A DNA stretch of 64,000 nt. Source: Planctomycetota bacterium (GTDB taxonomy: Bacteria; Planctomycetota; UBA8742; UBA2392). Location: NCBI GenBank assembly GCA_016722065.1, contig JADKGX010000002.1:778256-842255 (forward strand), given 5' to 3'. Every line of letters begins with the position of its first letter. Within the stretch, counting starts at the first letter, position 1. The position numbers were made by a program, and so were the translations under genes. Below the pieces are notes generated by a model. It searched no databases, was not told the origin of the DNA, and saw nothing but the letters and a program-made list of their open reading frames with translations. Shown in pieces: positions 8,096-16,325 of the stretch.

Positions 8096-9655
8096 TCAGG
8101 CTGATGCTGGCTTGCCAGGTGGCCAGGGCTCCGTCATGTCCTTGTGCAGCAGCTCAAAGCGATACTCCCACTGTTCATCCAGCGGCAGGGTGGTGGCCGA
8201 TGCGCAAAGCTGATGGCGGAAAACCAGCCGCACAAACGAATCCTCGACCACACATTTTTCCAGGCCGGGAATGCGCGCGCTGGGTAACAACCCGCGGCCA
8301 ACCTCATGCCAGCCCAGGGGCGCGCGTTCTTTTTCCAGCACCCGGCGAACTTCCGGCGAAAGGTTCGCCAGGTTCAAATCGCGCTTGCCACGGCGCACCA
8401 CGCGCAGGCTGACATCGCCGGCACTCAGGCCGGAATGAAGCAGAAAGCCGGCTTCCAGCTTCACGTCAGCGTTGATCAGGTTGGCATTTGCGGCCTTGCG
8501 GCTTGTGGCGGTGGCGCTTGCGCTGTGCACGAACTCAAACATCGGCGGTGCCTGCACAAACACCCAGTGCGAAAAGCCTTTGTAGGTAGTCGTCTCTTTC
8601 ACGCTGTTGGTGTAGGTGATGACCAGACGATAGCGGTTGATGCCGGGCCGCGCGCCGCGCAGGCGAAGGTCGTTCCAGGGTTCGCCGTCGCCAGGGATCG
8701 GCACTTCAAAGTGGTTCAGCACGGTTTCGGCTTCGCCTTGCAGGTGGCTGTGTTCCACTTGCACCTTCATGTTGGCCAGTTTGGCGGGCAGAGATTTGAT
8801 CTGGAATGCCAGGTCGACAAAGTGGTCCGCGCGGGCGGCAAAATCGGCATAGTTCAACACGCGGTCGCAACGCTCGCCCAGAAACGCCGCGAAAATCACC
8901 GGCACTTCGGTGCGCATGTCTTCGAACTCCAGCGCCGCGCCGTCTTTGGCAGTGTCGCCTTCATCGAAGTAGACCCGCAGGCGCGTGATCGCCACGGCCT
9001 GGTCTTCCATTTGCTTGCGAATCGAAGCAGGAATGCTCAGTGATACCGGGTCGCCAAAATCACGCGCCGGGGCATCGGCAGTGGGTTCGGGCTTGGGTTC
9101 GGGCTTGGGTTCGGGCTTGGGTTCGGGCAGAACAAGCGGCACGGAAACGCCGGCGCTTTGGCAGCCGGCCAGTTGCATGGTCACTGCGCCCGCGCTGATT
9201 TGCTTGACCAAGCCGCCGCAGGGAACCTGCTTGCTGTACCAGACCTCCGCCTTTGTGGTTTCGGCACCGGTGCCTGCAGTCCAGCCTGCCACGCGGCAAG
9301 CCAGCTTGACGCCGTTGATGGTGATTTCTTCGTCGCGCCAGGTGGCGCTTTCGCCGGGCTGGTACACCAGGCGAATGTCGGCCGCAGGCTTCTTTTCAAT
9401 CAGCCGCACAATCGGGTCTTTGCCCGCGGGCAGAATGATGTGTTTGTAACTGATGGCGCCGTTATCCACCGCCGAAACCTCAAAGCGCAGGCCGGGGCCA
9501 TCTTTGGTGGTGTATTGCACCCAATCGCCAACAGCCGTTTGCGCCCAGGTGCTGGCCCATTGTTCCTGGGCACGAACAAGTGCCACCTGGCTGAAACAGG
9601 CGCAAAACAACGCCGCAAGCGCGGCCGCAGGCACGCGGATTGACCGGGATTTCAT
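8096..9655 (-). CDS. secreted hypothetical protein with a PEPK-repeat linker; 3' end possibly frameshifted
   Basis: Signal-peptide-like N-terminus MKSRSIRVPAAALAALFCACFSQVALVRAQE. A (PEPK)n linker is encoded by a 12-bp repeat at 9083-9127. A coding-looking alternative frame continues past the stop to TAG 8001-8003 (see findings). Confidence 0.7.
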   Translation of the reverse strand: MKSRSIRVPAAALAALFCACFSQVALVRAQEQWASTWAQTAVGDWVQYTTKDGPGLRFEVSAVDNGAISYKHIILPAGKDPIVRLIEKKPAADIRLVYQPGESATWRDEEITINGVKLACRVAGWTAGTGAETTKAEVWYSKQVPCGGLVKQISAGAVTMQLAGCQSAGVSVPLVLPEPKPEPKPEPKPEPTADAPARDFGDPVSLSIPASIRKQMEDQAVAITRLRVYFDEGDTAKDGAALEFEDMRTEVPVIFAAFLGERCDRVLNYADFAARADHFVDLAFQIKSLPAKLANMKVQVEHSHLQGEAETVLNHFEVPIPGDGEPWNDLRLRGARPGINRYRLVITYTNSVKETTTYKGFSHWVFVQAPPMFEFVHSASATATSRKAANANLINADVKLEAGFLLHSGLSAGDVSLRVVRRGKRDLNLANLSPEVRRVLEKERAPLGWHEVGRGLLPSARIPGLEKCVVEDSFVRLVFRHQLCASATTLPLDEQWEYRFELLHKDMTEPWPPGKPASA

Positions 9656-9745
9656 GCAGGGCTCCTGAACACGCGGTGGAACACTTGTTGAAACGATTCT
9701 ACGGCCTAACTTGCCGGGACATTGTACGACCGTAAAGTCGTTTTC

Positions 9746-11209
9746 ATGTCTTCAACCTCGGAAGGTTCGCTGCGCCCGACGCGCAAGATTGATCTCGCGG
9801 GCCAGATGAAGGACGATTTTCGCGCCCAGTTGCGCCGCAACCCCACGCGGGCGCGCGACGACGACCAACGCCTGTCCGCCACGCTGGAACAACGCGGCTT
9901 TCGCCTGGAACAACAGCGCCTGCAAGCCATGCAGGCACCCTGGCTGATTGACCCCAACGCCGTGCGTGAACTGACCCGCAGCGTGCGCGCCATCAGCAGC
10001 CTGCTGGAACAGGTGATCCAGCTTGCCCTCAACAGCGTCACCTTCATGGAACAAGTCGGCATCTCGCCGAACATTGAAGAATTGGTGCTGAACGATTCGC
10101 CGGGCCGGCTTTCCATTGAGTTTGCACGCTACGACTTTATTCCTTCGCCGGGCGGGCCGCGTTTTCTGGAGTTCAACGTCGACAGCCCGGCCGGGGCCGC
10201 CTTTTCCAGCGTGCTGGACACCGAGTTCCAGAAAACCGAAAGCGCCCGTGAAAGCGGCATGCATTCGCTGTTTCCAAGTGCGCCAACGCTGGACCTTTAC
10301 TGCGACGCCCTGCTGGCGGCCTATGCCGAAGACGCCCGCGCCACAGTGGACAAACCCAACGTCGCCATCGTGGATTTCAGTGGCGTAAGCACAACACCCG
10401 AACAGGAAATGATCGCCGCCAGCCTTCGCCAGCGCGGCCTGGTGGCGGAGCTTGTGGACCCGCGCGAGTTTGAGTTCCGCAAGGACGATCGCGGCCTGTA
10501 CCACAACAATGTGCGCTATCACCTGGTGTGCCGCCGCGTGCTGGTACCAGAGTTGGCCCGCCGCCGCGTGCTGGTTTCCCAGTTTCTGTGGGCGCTGCGC
10601 CATGGCGACGTGGTGGTGGTGAACCCTGTTCGTTCGCGCATTGCCAGCAACAAGGGGGTCATGGAGATTTTGACCTCGGCGGCCTTTGAACGGTTCTTTA
10701 CCCCCGCCGAAAACCAGCTCAAGGCCAGGCTGCTGCCCTGGACGCGCAAGCTGGTGGCGCGCAAGACTGATTACCTGGGCCGCGATATCGACCTGTTTCA
10801 GTTCATTGCCCAGCACCCCGAGAAGCTTGTGTTGAAGCCCGGCGGCGCCTTTGGCGGGCAGGATGTTGTGTTGGGGCCGTTTGTTGACCGCGACACCTGG
10901 CTAAAGGCCCTGGACGAATCCATTCGCCAGGAAGGGGTGGTGCAGGAATACGTTTCCGTGGCGCGCCACAAGGTGCCGCTGCTGGAAGGCGCAGAGTACG
11001 CCGATGTCGACAAATACCTCATCCTGGGCGCCTTTGCCGTGCGCGGGGAATACGCAGGCTGCATTGGCCGCGTCAGTGACGACCCGGTGGTGAATGTACG
11101 CCGCGGCGGCGGGGTGATTCCGGTGCTGGAACTTGGCGGACGCAGCAAAACCGGGCCGATTGAGGCCGCACGCCCCCGGCGCCGCCGCACCACAGGCCAG
11201 AACCCCTGA
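9746..11209 (+). CDS. ATP-grasp superfamily protein (circularly permuted ATP-grasp / glutathionylspermidine-synthase-like)
   Basis: FARYDFIPSPGGPRFLEFNVDSPAG and LVLKPGGAFGGQDVVLG resemble motifs of these ATP-grasp ligases. ATG 9746 is preferred over the listed TTG 9722. Confidence 0.65.
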   Translation: MSSTSEGSLRPTRKIDLAGQMKDDFRAQLRRNPTRARDDDQRLSATLEQRGFRLEQQRLQAMQAPWLIDPNAVRELTRSVRAISSLLEQVIQLALNSVTFMEQVGISPNIEELVLNDSPGRLSIEFARYDFIPSPGGPRFLEFNVDSPAGAAFSSVLDTEFQKTESARESGMHSLFPSAPTLDLYCDALLAAYAEDARATVDKPNVAIVDFSGVSTTPEQEMIAASLRQRGLVAELVDPREFEFRKDDRGLYHNNVRYHLVCRRVLVPELARRRVLVSQFLWALRHGDVVVVNPVRSRIASNKGVMEILTSAAFERFFTPAENQLKARLLPWTRKLVARKTDYLGRDIDLFQFIAQHPEKLVLKPGGAFGGQDVVLGPFVDRDTWLKALDESIRQEGVVQEYVSVARHKVPLLEGAEYADVDKYLILGAFAVRGEYAGCIGRVSDDPVVNVRRGGGVIPVLELGGRSKTGPIEAARPRRRRTTGQNP

Positions 11210-11294
11210 GCCCGTGCCCACGCCAGCCGCCACAGGCGCGGGTTGTGCCAGGCCCTGGTTTACGCTTCGTTACCACTGCGGATTGAACCCGGGC

Positions 11295-12248
11295 ATGAAA
11301 CTTCTGCCGATTCTCAAGCTGGTTCGCCTTTCGGCTTTGCCTTCGGCACTGGCGGACGTCTGCGGCGGCGTGGCGCTGGCAGTCAGCCTTGGGCTGGGTG
11401 GGCGCGCGCCCGACAAACTGGGCTGGCTGCTGTTGGCCACAGTGGGCATCTACCTTGGCGGCATGGCCCTGAATGACGTGCTGCACGCCAGCAAAGACAA
11501 GCTGCTTGGCAAGCCGCGCCCGATTGCCCGGGGCGATCTAACGTTGCGGGTGGCGGTGGCCATCACGCTGGCGTTGTATGCAGCAGGGCTGGTTGGTGCC
11601 TGGCTTGCCGGCTGTTTGGTGGCGGCAACGGCGCTGGCGGCGCTTACTTTTCTGTACAACTGGCTGGCGCGTGGCCGCCACGATGGCACCAAAGTGGTCC
11701 TGCCCTGGCCCATGGCCGGCGCGGGTGTGGCCGTGATTGCGGCCTGCCGCGGCCTGCACGTGCTGCTGCCGGTGATTGCCTTGAAGCCGCCGGGGCGCGG
11801 CCTGGGCGACACGATTGCGCCGCTGTTTGCTGGCTGCGTGTTTGCCTATTTTGCGCTGGTGACGGTGGTTTCGCTGTTTGAAGACAGCGGCGGCGGCCGA
11901 CGCGCCCTGCGGCTGGTTTCGCTGCTGCTGCTGCCGGTGGTGCTTGCCCTGCCACTGTGGGTGATGCTGCGGCCCGGCGCGCCTGAAAGCACGGTTCTGG
12001 GGACGCTGTCGCCGCTGTTGATTGGCGCGGGGCTGCTGCTGCTGCTGTGGCGCGCACTGGACGCGGCGCGGGCCAACCCGATTCCGCCCAAGCTGGGCGC
12101 GGTCGTCGGCACCGGCATTCGCGGCGAATGTCTACTGATGGCAAGTTTCGCGCTGGCGCTGGCGCCGCATCAGCCGTGGTGGGGACTGTGCGCCATGGCC
12201 TGCTACCCGCTGGCCAGGCTGCTGGCGCGCTGGATCAGCCCGACATGA
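11295..12248 (+). CDS. UbiA-family-like polyprenyltransferase (multi-pass membrane protein)
   Basis: ATG 11295 within ORF 11133..12248. About 8 hydrophobic segments. The LNDVLHASKDKLLGKPRPIARGDL region resembles the first Asp-rich loop of UbiA prenyltransferases, with the central Asp replaced by His. Confidence 0.55.
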   Translation: MKLLPILKLVRLSALPSALADVCGGVALAVSLGLGGRAPDKLGWLLLATVGIYLGGMALNDVLHASKDKLLGKPRPIARGDLTLRVAVAITLALYAAGLVGAWLAGCLVAATALAALTFLYNWLARGRHDGTKVVLPWPMAGAGVAVIAACRGLHVLLPVIALKPPGRGLGDTIAPLFAGCVFAYFALVTVVSLFEDSGGGRRALRLVSLLLLPVVLALPLWVMLRPGAPESTVLGTLSPLLIGAGLLLLLWRALDAARANPIPPKLGAVVGTGIRGECLLMASFALALAPHQPWWGLCAMACYPLARLLARWISPT

Positions 12249-12249
12249 G

Positions 12250-12297
12250 GGTTCAGGTTCGGGTTCGGGTTCAGGTTCAGGTTCAGGTTCAGGTTCA
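12250..12297. repeat. hexanucleotide microsatellite (GGTTCR)x8 in a convergent intergenic spacer
   Basis: Read directly: ggttca ggttcg ggttcg ggttca x5. It begins 2 nt after the TGA of the UbiA-like gene and ends 18 nt before the argB stop. Confidence 0.95.
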
Positions 12298-12315
12298 AGG
12301 CTTTTTGGTGCTGCA

Positions 12316-13230
12316 TCAACCGCGCTCTAGATATTCCTTCTCGGCGGCGGCGTCGATGATCATGGTGCCTTTGCCCTTGAGCGTGAACACTTCTGTCAGC
12401 AGCGAGTGCGGCACCAGCCCGTTGATCAAGTGCGCGCGCTTGACGCCCCCGCGCACAGCCGCAATCACCCCCTGCAACTTCGGGATCATGCCCTTGGTGA
12501 TCGTGCCCGATTTCATCAGGTCTTCGGCCTGGGGAACTGTCAGGTACACATAGCGGCTTTCGGGGTCCTTCACGTCGCGCAGCACGCCGTTGGTGTTACT
12601 CAAGACAATCAGCTTCTCGGCCTGCATTTCGGCGGCCAGCGTGCACGCCACGGTATCGGCGTTGATGTTCAACACATGGCCTTCGTCGTCGCAGGCCAGC
12701 GGGCTAAGCACCGGCACATAGCGATTCTCGACCAGCGTGCGAATCAACGCCGGGTTGCAATCGCGAATATCGCCCACGTTCTTGAAATCGACCATTGTCT
12801 GCTGGCCGGTTTCCGGATCCAGCATTTCCTTGGGCGGGCGCTTGGTGGCGGAAAGCACCTCGCCATCCAGACCGCTCAAACCCACCGGCAGCACGCCCGC
12901 GCGGCGCACAGCGGCCAGAATGTCGGTGTTGATGGAACCAGCAAACACCATCTTGGCCATTTCCAGCGTGGCGTCGTCGGTGATGCGGCGTCCGGCGACC
13001 TTTTCGGATTTGACGCCCATCTTGCTGCTGACTTCGTCCAGTTGGGGCCCGCCGCCATGCACGACCACCGGGCGAATGCCCAGTTGCGCAATCATGGCGA
13101 TGTCCTGGGCAAATAGTTCCAGCGCTTCGGGGGTCTTGGCGATTTCACCGCCAACCTTGACCACGAAGACTTTTTCGCGGTAGCGCTTGAGATAAGGAAG
13201 CGCCTGCAACAGCACAGAAACGTCATCCAT
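12316..13230 (-). CDS. argB: acetylglutamate kinase
   Basis: VFVVKVGGE, VVVHGGGPQLDE and NINADTVA motifs. The internal ATG at 13230 (MDDVSVLLQALPYLKRY) gives a typical length of about 304 aa. Confidence 0.9.
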   Translation of the reverse strand: MDDVSVLLQALPYLKRYREKVFVVKVGGEIAKTPEALELFAQDIAMIAQLGIRPVVVHGGGPQLDEVSSKMGVKSEKVAGRRITDDATLEMAKMVFAGSINTDILAAVRRAGVLPVGLSGLDGEVLSATKRPPKEMLDPETGQQTMVDFKNVGDIRDCNPALIRTLVENRYVPVLSPLACDDEGHVLNINADTVACTLAAEMQAEKLIVLSNTNGVLRDVKDPESRYVYLTVPQAEDLMKSGTITKGMIPKLQGVIAAVRGGVKRAHLINGLVPHSLLTEVFTLKGKGTMIIDAAAEKEYLERG

Positions 13231-13364
13231 CACACGGCCCCTGCATTGGGCCGCTGATTGTGAAATGTGCGCCGGCAATTGAAAGCCCATCGCTGAAAAC
13301 CCGGCCGCGGGCAGGAGGAATCCCCCGGCAAACGCCCGCCAGCCCCGCCAGCCCGCACTGGCGT

Positions 13365-13655
13365 AACGAAAGGCAACGGCTTTGCCGCGGATGGACACGG
13401 ATAACGACGGATCGGCACAGATAAACCCCGACCAATCACATCACAAAAACAACAGCCCGGCACGGGAGTGCCCGGGGTCGCGGCACCGCCGCGACGTCCG
13501 CCTGCGTGCACTGGAGCAACGAACGGCAACGGCCTTGCCACGGATGGACACGGATAACGACGGATCGGCACAGATAAACCCCGACCAATCACATCACAAA
13601 ATACAGCAGCCCGGCACGGGAGTGCCGGGGGTCGCGGCACCGCCGCGACGTCCGC
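13365..13655 (+). repeat. direct repeat, two 138-bp copies with 153-bp period, each with a phased CGGAT array and two GC hairpins
   Basis: Copy A is 13365-13502 and copy B is 13518-13655, differing at about 7 positions by eye. CGGAT/CAGAT starts at 13388, 13398, 13408 and 13418 (exact 10-bp phase). Hairpins are cccggcac-ggga-gtgccggg and gtcgcggc-acc-gccgcgac. A degenerate third start lies at 13669. Confidence 0.9.
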
Positions 13656-13796
13656 AAGGGCTGCGGCGACGGCAACGGCATGAATCACAGGTGAACACCC
13701 ACAAACACGTCGCGTTGCGACACTCAGGCACCTTTCTGCGCAACTGGCTGGGCCTGAATCGACGGGCAACTGGGCTGGCGCCGGGTTTTGCCGGCG

Positions 13797-13896
13797 TCGA
13801 TCTGTGTTCCTCCGTGTGAATCTGTGGAACAAGGTCGTTGCCCTTGGAACCTTGGTGAATCAAGGTTGCCGCCGACCCCACCCTTGCGGGCGGGGC
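13797..13896 (-). repeat. inverted copy of the dispersed intergenic element (GC hairpin + conserved tail + degenerate CGGA array)
   Basis: The reverse complement reads agccccgcccgcaagggtggggtcggcggcaaccttgattcaccaaggttccaagggcaacg..., homologous by eye to 16210-16314. The hairpin is at 13876-13895. Confidence 0.8.
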
Positions 13897-14063
13897 TGTC
13901 ACGGCGCGCAACCAACCATCGGCGTCTTTGGCATTCGCGGGCGGCATTCATCCCGCCCGGCCGTCGTTGCCGCCACGGCGACAACACTGCCCCCAACTCT
14001 CCACAACGTTGCCGCCCGCCCGGTTGCGCACTATACCCTTGCGCAACCGCCACTGAGGGCCCT

Positions 14064-14921
14064 ATGACATCAGCCACCATGAACGCGCCGACCCTGACAC
14101 CCGAACTCAAGACCCAGCTCACGGAAACCGCGCGCAAGCTGCGCATTGAAGTCATCAAGATGCTGGCCCGGGCCGGTTCGGGCCACCCCGGCGGAAGCCT
14201 GGGAATGGCCGATGTTTTCACGGCCCTGTACTTCGGCGGCTTTGTCAACCACGACGCGCGCAAACCACAGTGGGAGGACCGCGACCGCGTGGTTCTCAGC
14301 AACGGACACATCTGCCCCATTCTGTACGCCGCGCTGGCCCAATGCGGGTACTTCCCCATGCAGTGGCTTGCCGATCTGCGCAAGATTGATTCCCACCTGC
14401 AAGGCCACCCGGCCATGAACAAAACCCCAGGCGTGGAACTTTCCACCGGCAGCCTGGGCCACGGCGTGTGCGGCGCACTGGGAATGGCGCTTTCACTGCG
14501 CGCGGGCGGCCGCAACCAGCGCGTGTTTGCCCTGCTGGGCGACGGCGAGTTGCAGGAAGGCCTGCCCTGGGAAGCCTTCATGGCCGCAGCCCATTACAAG
14601 GCCGACAACCTGTGCATCATCATTGACCGCAACGACGCCCAGATTGACGGCCGCACTGTCGATGTAATGAACATTGACCCGCTGGACCACAAACTGCGCG
14701 CCTTTGGCTTTCACGTTGTCAGCATCAGCGGCCACAGTTTTGAGCAGATTTTTGCGGCCCTGAATGAAGCAGCAGCCACCAAGGGCCGGCCCACGGCGAT
14801 TATCGCCAACACAATCATGGGCAAGGGTGTCAGCTACATGGAAAAAGACGGCTACAAGTGGCACGGCAAAACACCCAACGCCGAACAAGCAGCCATAGCC
14901 CTCAAGGAACTAGGCGCCTAA
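14064..14921 (+). CDS. transketolase, N-terminal (thiamine-diphosphate-binding) subunit of a split enzyme
   Basis: GSGHPGGSLGMADVFTALYF, SNGHICPILYAALA, GSLGHGV and LLGDGELQEGLPWEA. ATG 14064 gives about 285 aa, the size of split-Tkt N-subunits. No C-terminal subunit gene follows. Confidence 0.9.
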   Translation: MTSATMNAPTLTPELKTQLTETARKLRIEVIKMLARAGSGHPGGSLGMADVFTALYFGGFVNHDARKPQWEDRDRVVLSNGHICPILYAALAQCGYFPMQWLADLRKIDSHLQGHPAMNKTPGVELSTGSLGHGVCGALGMALSLRAGGRNQRVFALLGDGELQEGLPWEAFMAAAHYKADNLCIIIDRNDAQIDGRTVDVMNIDPLDHKLRAFGFHVVSISGHSFEQIFAALNEAAATKGRPTAIIANTIMGKGVSYMEKDGYKWHGKTPNAEQAAIALKELGA

Positions 14922-14949
14922 GCCAGTCCATCGGTCCGGCAAGCAAAGG

Positions 14950-15178
14950 CAGACCCAACAATCCTGCAGGGCAAGCAGTGGGTAGGCCCGACAATCCTGT
15001 CGGGCAGGCCGACCACGGGCGGGGATAAACCCCGCCCCTACAAGCCGCCGGGTTCGATCCGTGGTTATCCGGGGCCGTTCCGTGGTTATCCGGGGTTCGA
15101 TCTGAGGGTCGTTCCGTGGTTATCTGTGTCTATCCGTGTTTATCCGTGGTTAAGGCCGTTAGCCGTAAGCCGTTAGCC
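14950..15178 (-). repeat. repeat cluster: GC hairpins plus a reverse-orientation CGGAT array of the dispersed element
   Basis: Hairpins gcccgaca-atcc-tgtcgggc (14986-15005) and gggcgggg-ataaa-ccccgccc (15017-15037). CCGTGGTTATCCGGGG occurs twice. The arm ccgtggttatctgtgtctatccgtgtttatccgtggttaaggccgttagcc (15114-15164) is the reverse complement of the ggcaacggc...cacggat module. Confidence 0.85.
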
Positions 15179-15277
15179 CCTAGCCCCCATCCCCAACCCC
15201 ATTTTCATCACCCTGCCGACCCGCTTCCCGCCGCCTTTTCTCTCGAATTTGTCGCTTGGGGTGTCCCCCAACGCGCC

Positions 15278-16186
15278 ATGTTTCGGGAGCCTGTCTTGCT
15301 CGAACACGACATTCCACCTGTCCTGAACGCACACATCGAATACTGGCGCAACCGGTGCAAGGACGGCTCACGCCCTAAGGTTGTCTCCAAGGAAATGCTG
15401 ATTCCCTGGTGCAGCACCGACACCCCGCCCGGCGAGCCGGCCTTCAAACCCGAAGACCCCTGGCAGGCCGAAGCCGAGACGCTCAACGAGAAAGCCCAGC
15501 GCGAACACCTGGCCCGCCTGCAACTGTGCGTAGATTTTCACCAGCAGATGCTCAAGGCCGGACTCGCCCAGTTGCAAGCCAACGCGACAAGCGAAGCCAA
15601 AGCCGCGCAAGAACCGGAACCTGCCCCTGAACCTGCACCCGAACCTGCACCTGAACCTGAACCTGCACCCGCCCCCAAGCGCGTTCGCCTGGCCAACCCG
15701 CAAATCAAGCCGCTGTCGATTCTCACACTGGCGGCGCGTTCGGCCAAAGAGTTGCCCAAGGCCTCGGCGGAGTTGCTTGACGCCCAGCTCAAGCACAATC
15801 GCGTGGCCGCCGATGCCCAGATGCGGCGTGATTTCATGCTCGATCGCGCCGTCGCCATCGTAACCGACACGATGATGCACATGGACGACACCTTCAAAGA
15901 AGTCGGCTTTGGCAACTGGATGCCGTTTCGCTTTCCGGACCAGTGGCTCATGTTCGGCGGCGTGATGCAGCGCGTGCTGGCGGCGCACGGTTTGATGCAC
16001 GCCGACACGCCCGAGGCCTACAAAAGGCTGCTGGAAGAAACCCCGCCGATCACAGAAATCGCAGAAGGAGCGCTGATTCCGCCCCAAAGCATAGGCCAGG
16101 GTTTCCGGGCCCGCGAGCTGCCAACCTTCAAGGCACTGATCGCAAGAATCATGGACATCAGGGCCAATCGAGGCCCACCCAAATGA
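15278..16186 (+). CDS. hypothetical protein with an (EPAP)n low-complexity linker
   Basis: ATG 15278 within ORF 15116..16186; the upstream part of that ORF lies in repeat DNA. Composition is coding-like. The EPEPAPEPAPEPAPEPEPAPAP linker is encoded at 15611-15675. No family recognised. Confidence 0.6.
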   Translation: MFREPVLLEHDIPPVLNAHIEYWRNRCKDGSRPKVVSKEMLIPWCSTDTPPGEPAFKPEDPWQAEAETLNEKAQREHLARLQLCVDFHQQMLKAGLAQLQANATSEAKAAQEPEPAPEPAPEPAPEPEPAPAPKRVRLANPQIKPLSILTLAARSAKELPKASAELLDAQLKHNRVAADAQMRRDFMLDRAVAIVTDTMMHMDDTFKEVGFGNWMPFRFPDQWLMFGGVMQRVLAAHGLMHADTPEAYKRLLEETPPITEIAEGALIPPQSIGQGFRARELPTFKALIARIMDIRANRGPPK

Positions 16187-16209
16187 TCGCCTATTGACAA
16201 GTCAAGACC

Positions 16210-16314
16210 AGCCCCGCCCGCAAGGGCGGGGGCGACGGCACCTTGATGAATCAATTCAAGGCAACGGCGTTCAGCCACGGATGACACGGATAAACACGGA
16301 TCAACACGGATCAG
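16210..16314 (+). repeat. dispersed intergenic element, forward copy (GC hairpin + tail + 4x CGGAT array)
   Basis: Hairpin ccccgccc-gcaa-gggcgggg (16212-16231), then gcgacggcaccttgatgaatcaattcaaggcaacggcgttcagccacggatgacacggataaacacggatcaacacggatc. CGGAT spacing is 9, 10 and 10 bp. Confidence 0.85.
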
Positions 16315-16325
16315 CATTTGGGTGA

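Noticed and set aside
12250-12300. The hexamer array read as a coding (EP)n tail of argB or as a small ORF.
   Set aside because: In the argB frame the array contains repeated TGA stops. The EP-encoding frame has no start and is not contiguous with any gene.
13385-13425. CACGGATAA / TTATCCGTG arrays as DnaA boxes (TTATCCACA) marking oriC.
   Set aside because: Only 6 of 9 positions match (GGATAA core). The arrays occur at five or more separate loci in both orientations. There is no adjacent AT-rich unwinding element or dnaA/dnaN gene.
15045-15100. GGTTCGATCC, a T-loop-like motif present twice, suggesting a tRNA.
   Set aside because: The flanking bases cannot form a T-stem (ccggg...cgtgg) or an acceptor stem. 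The motif is part of the CCGTGGTTATCC repeat cluster.
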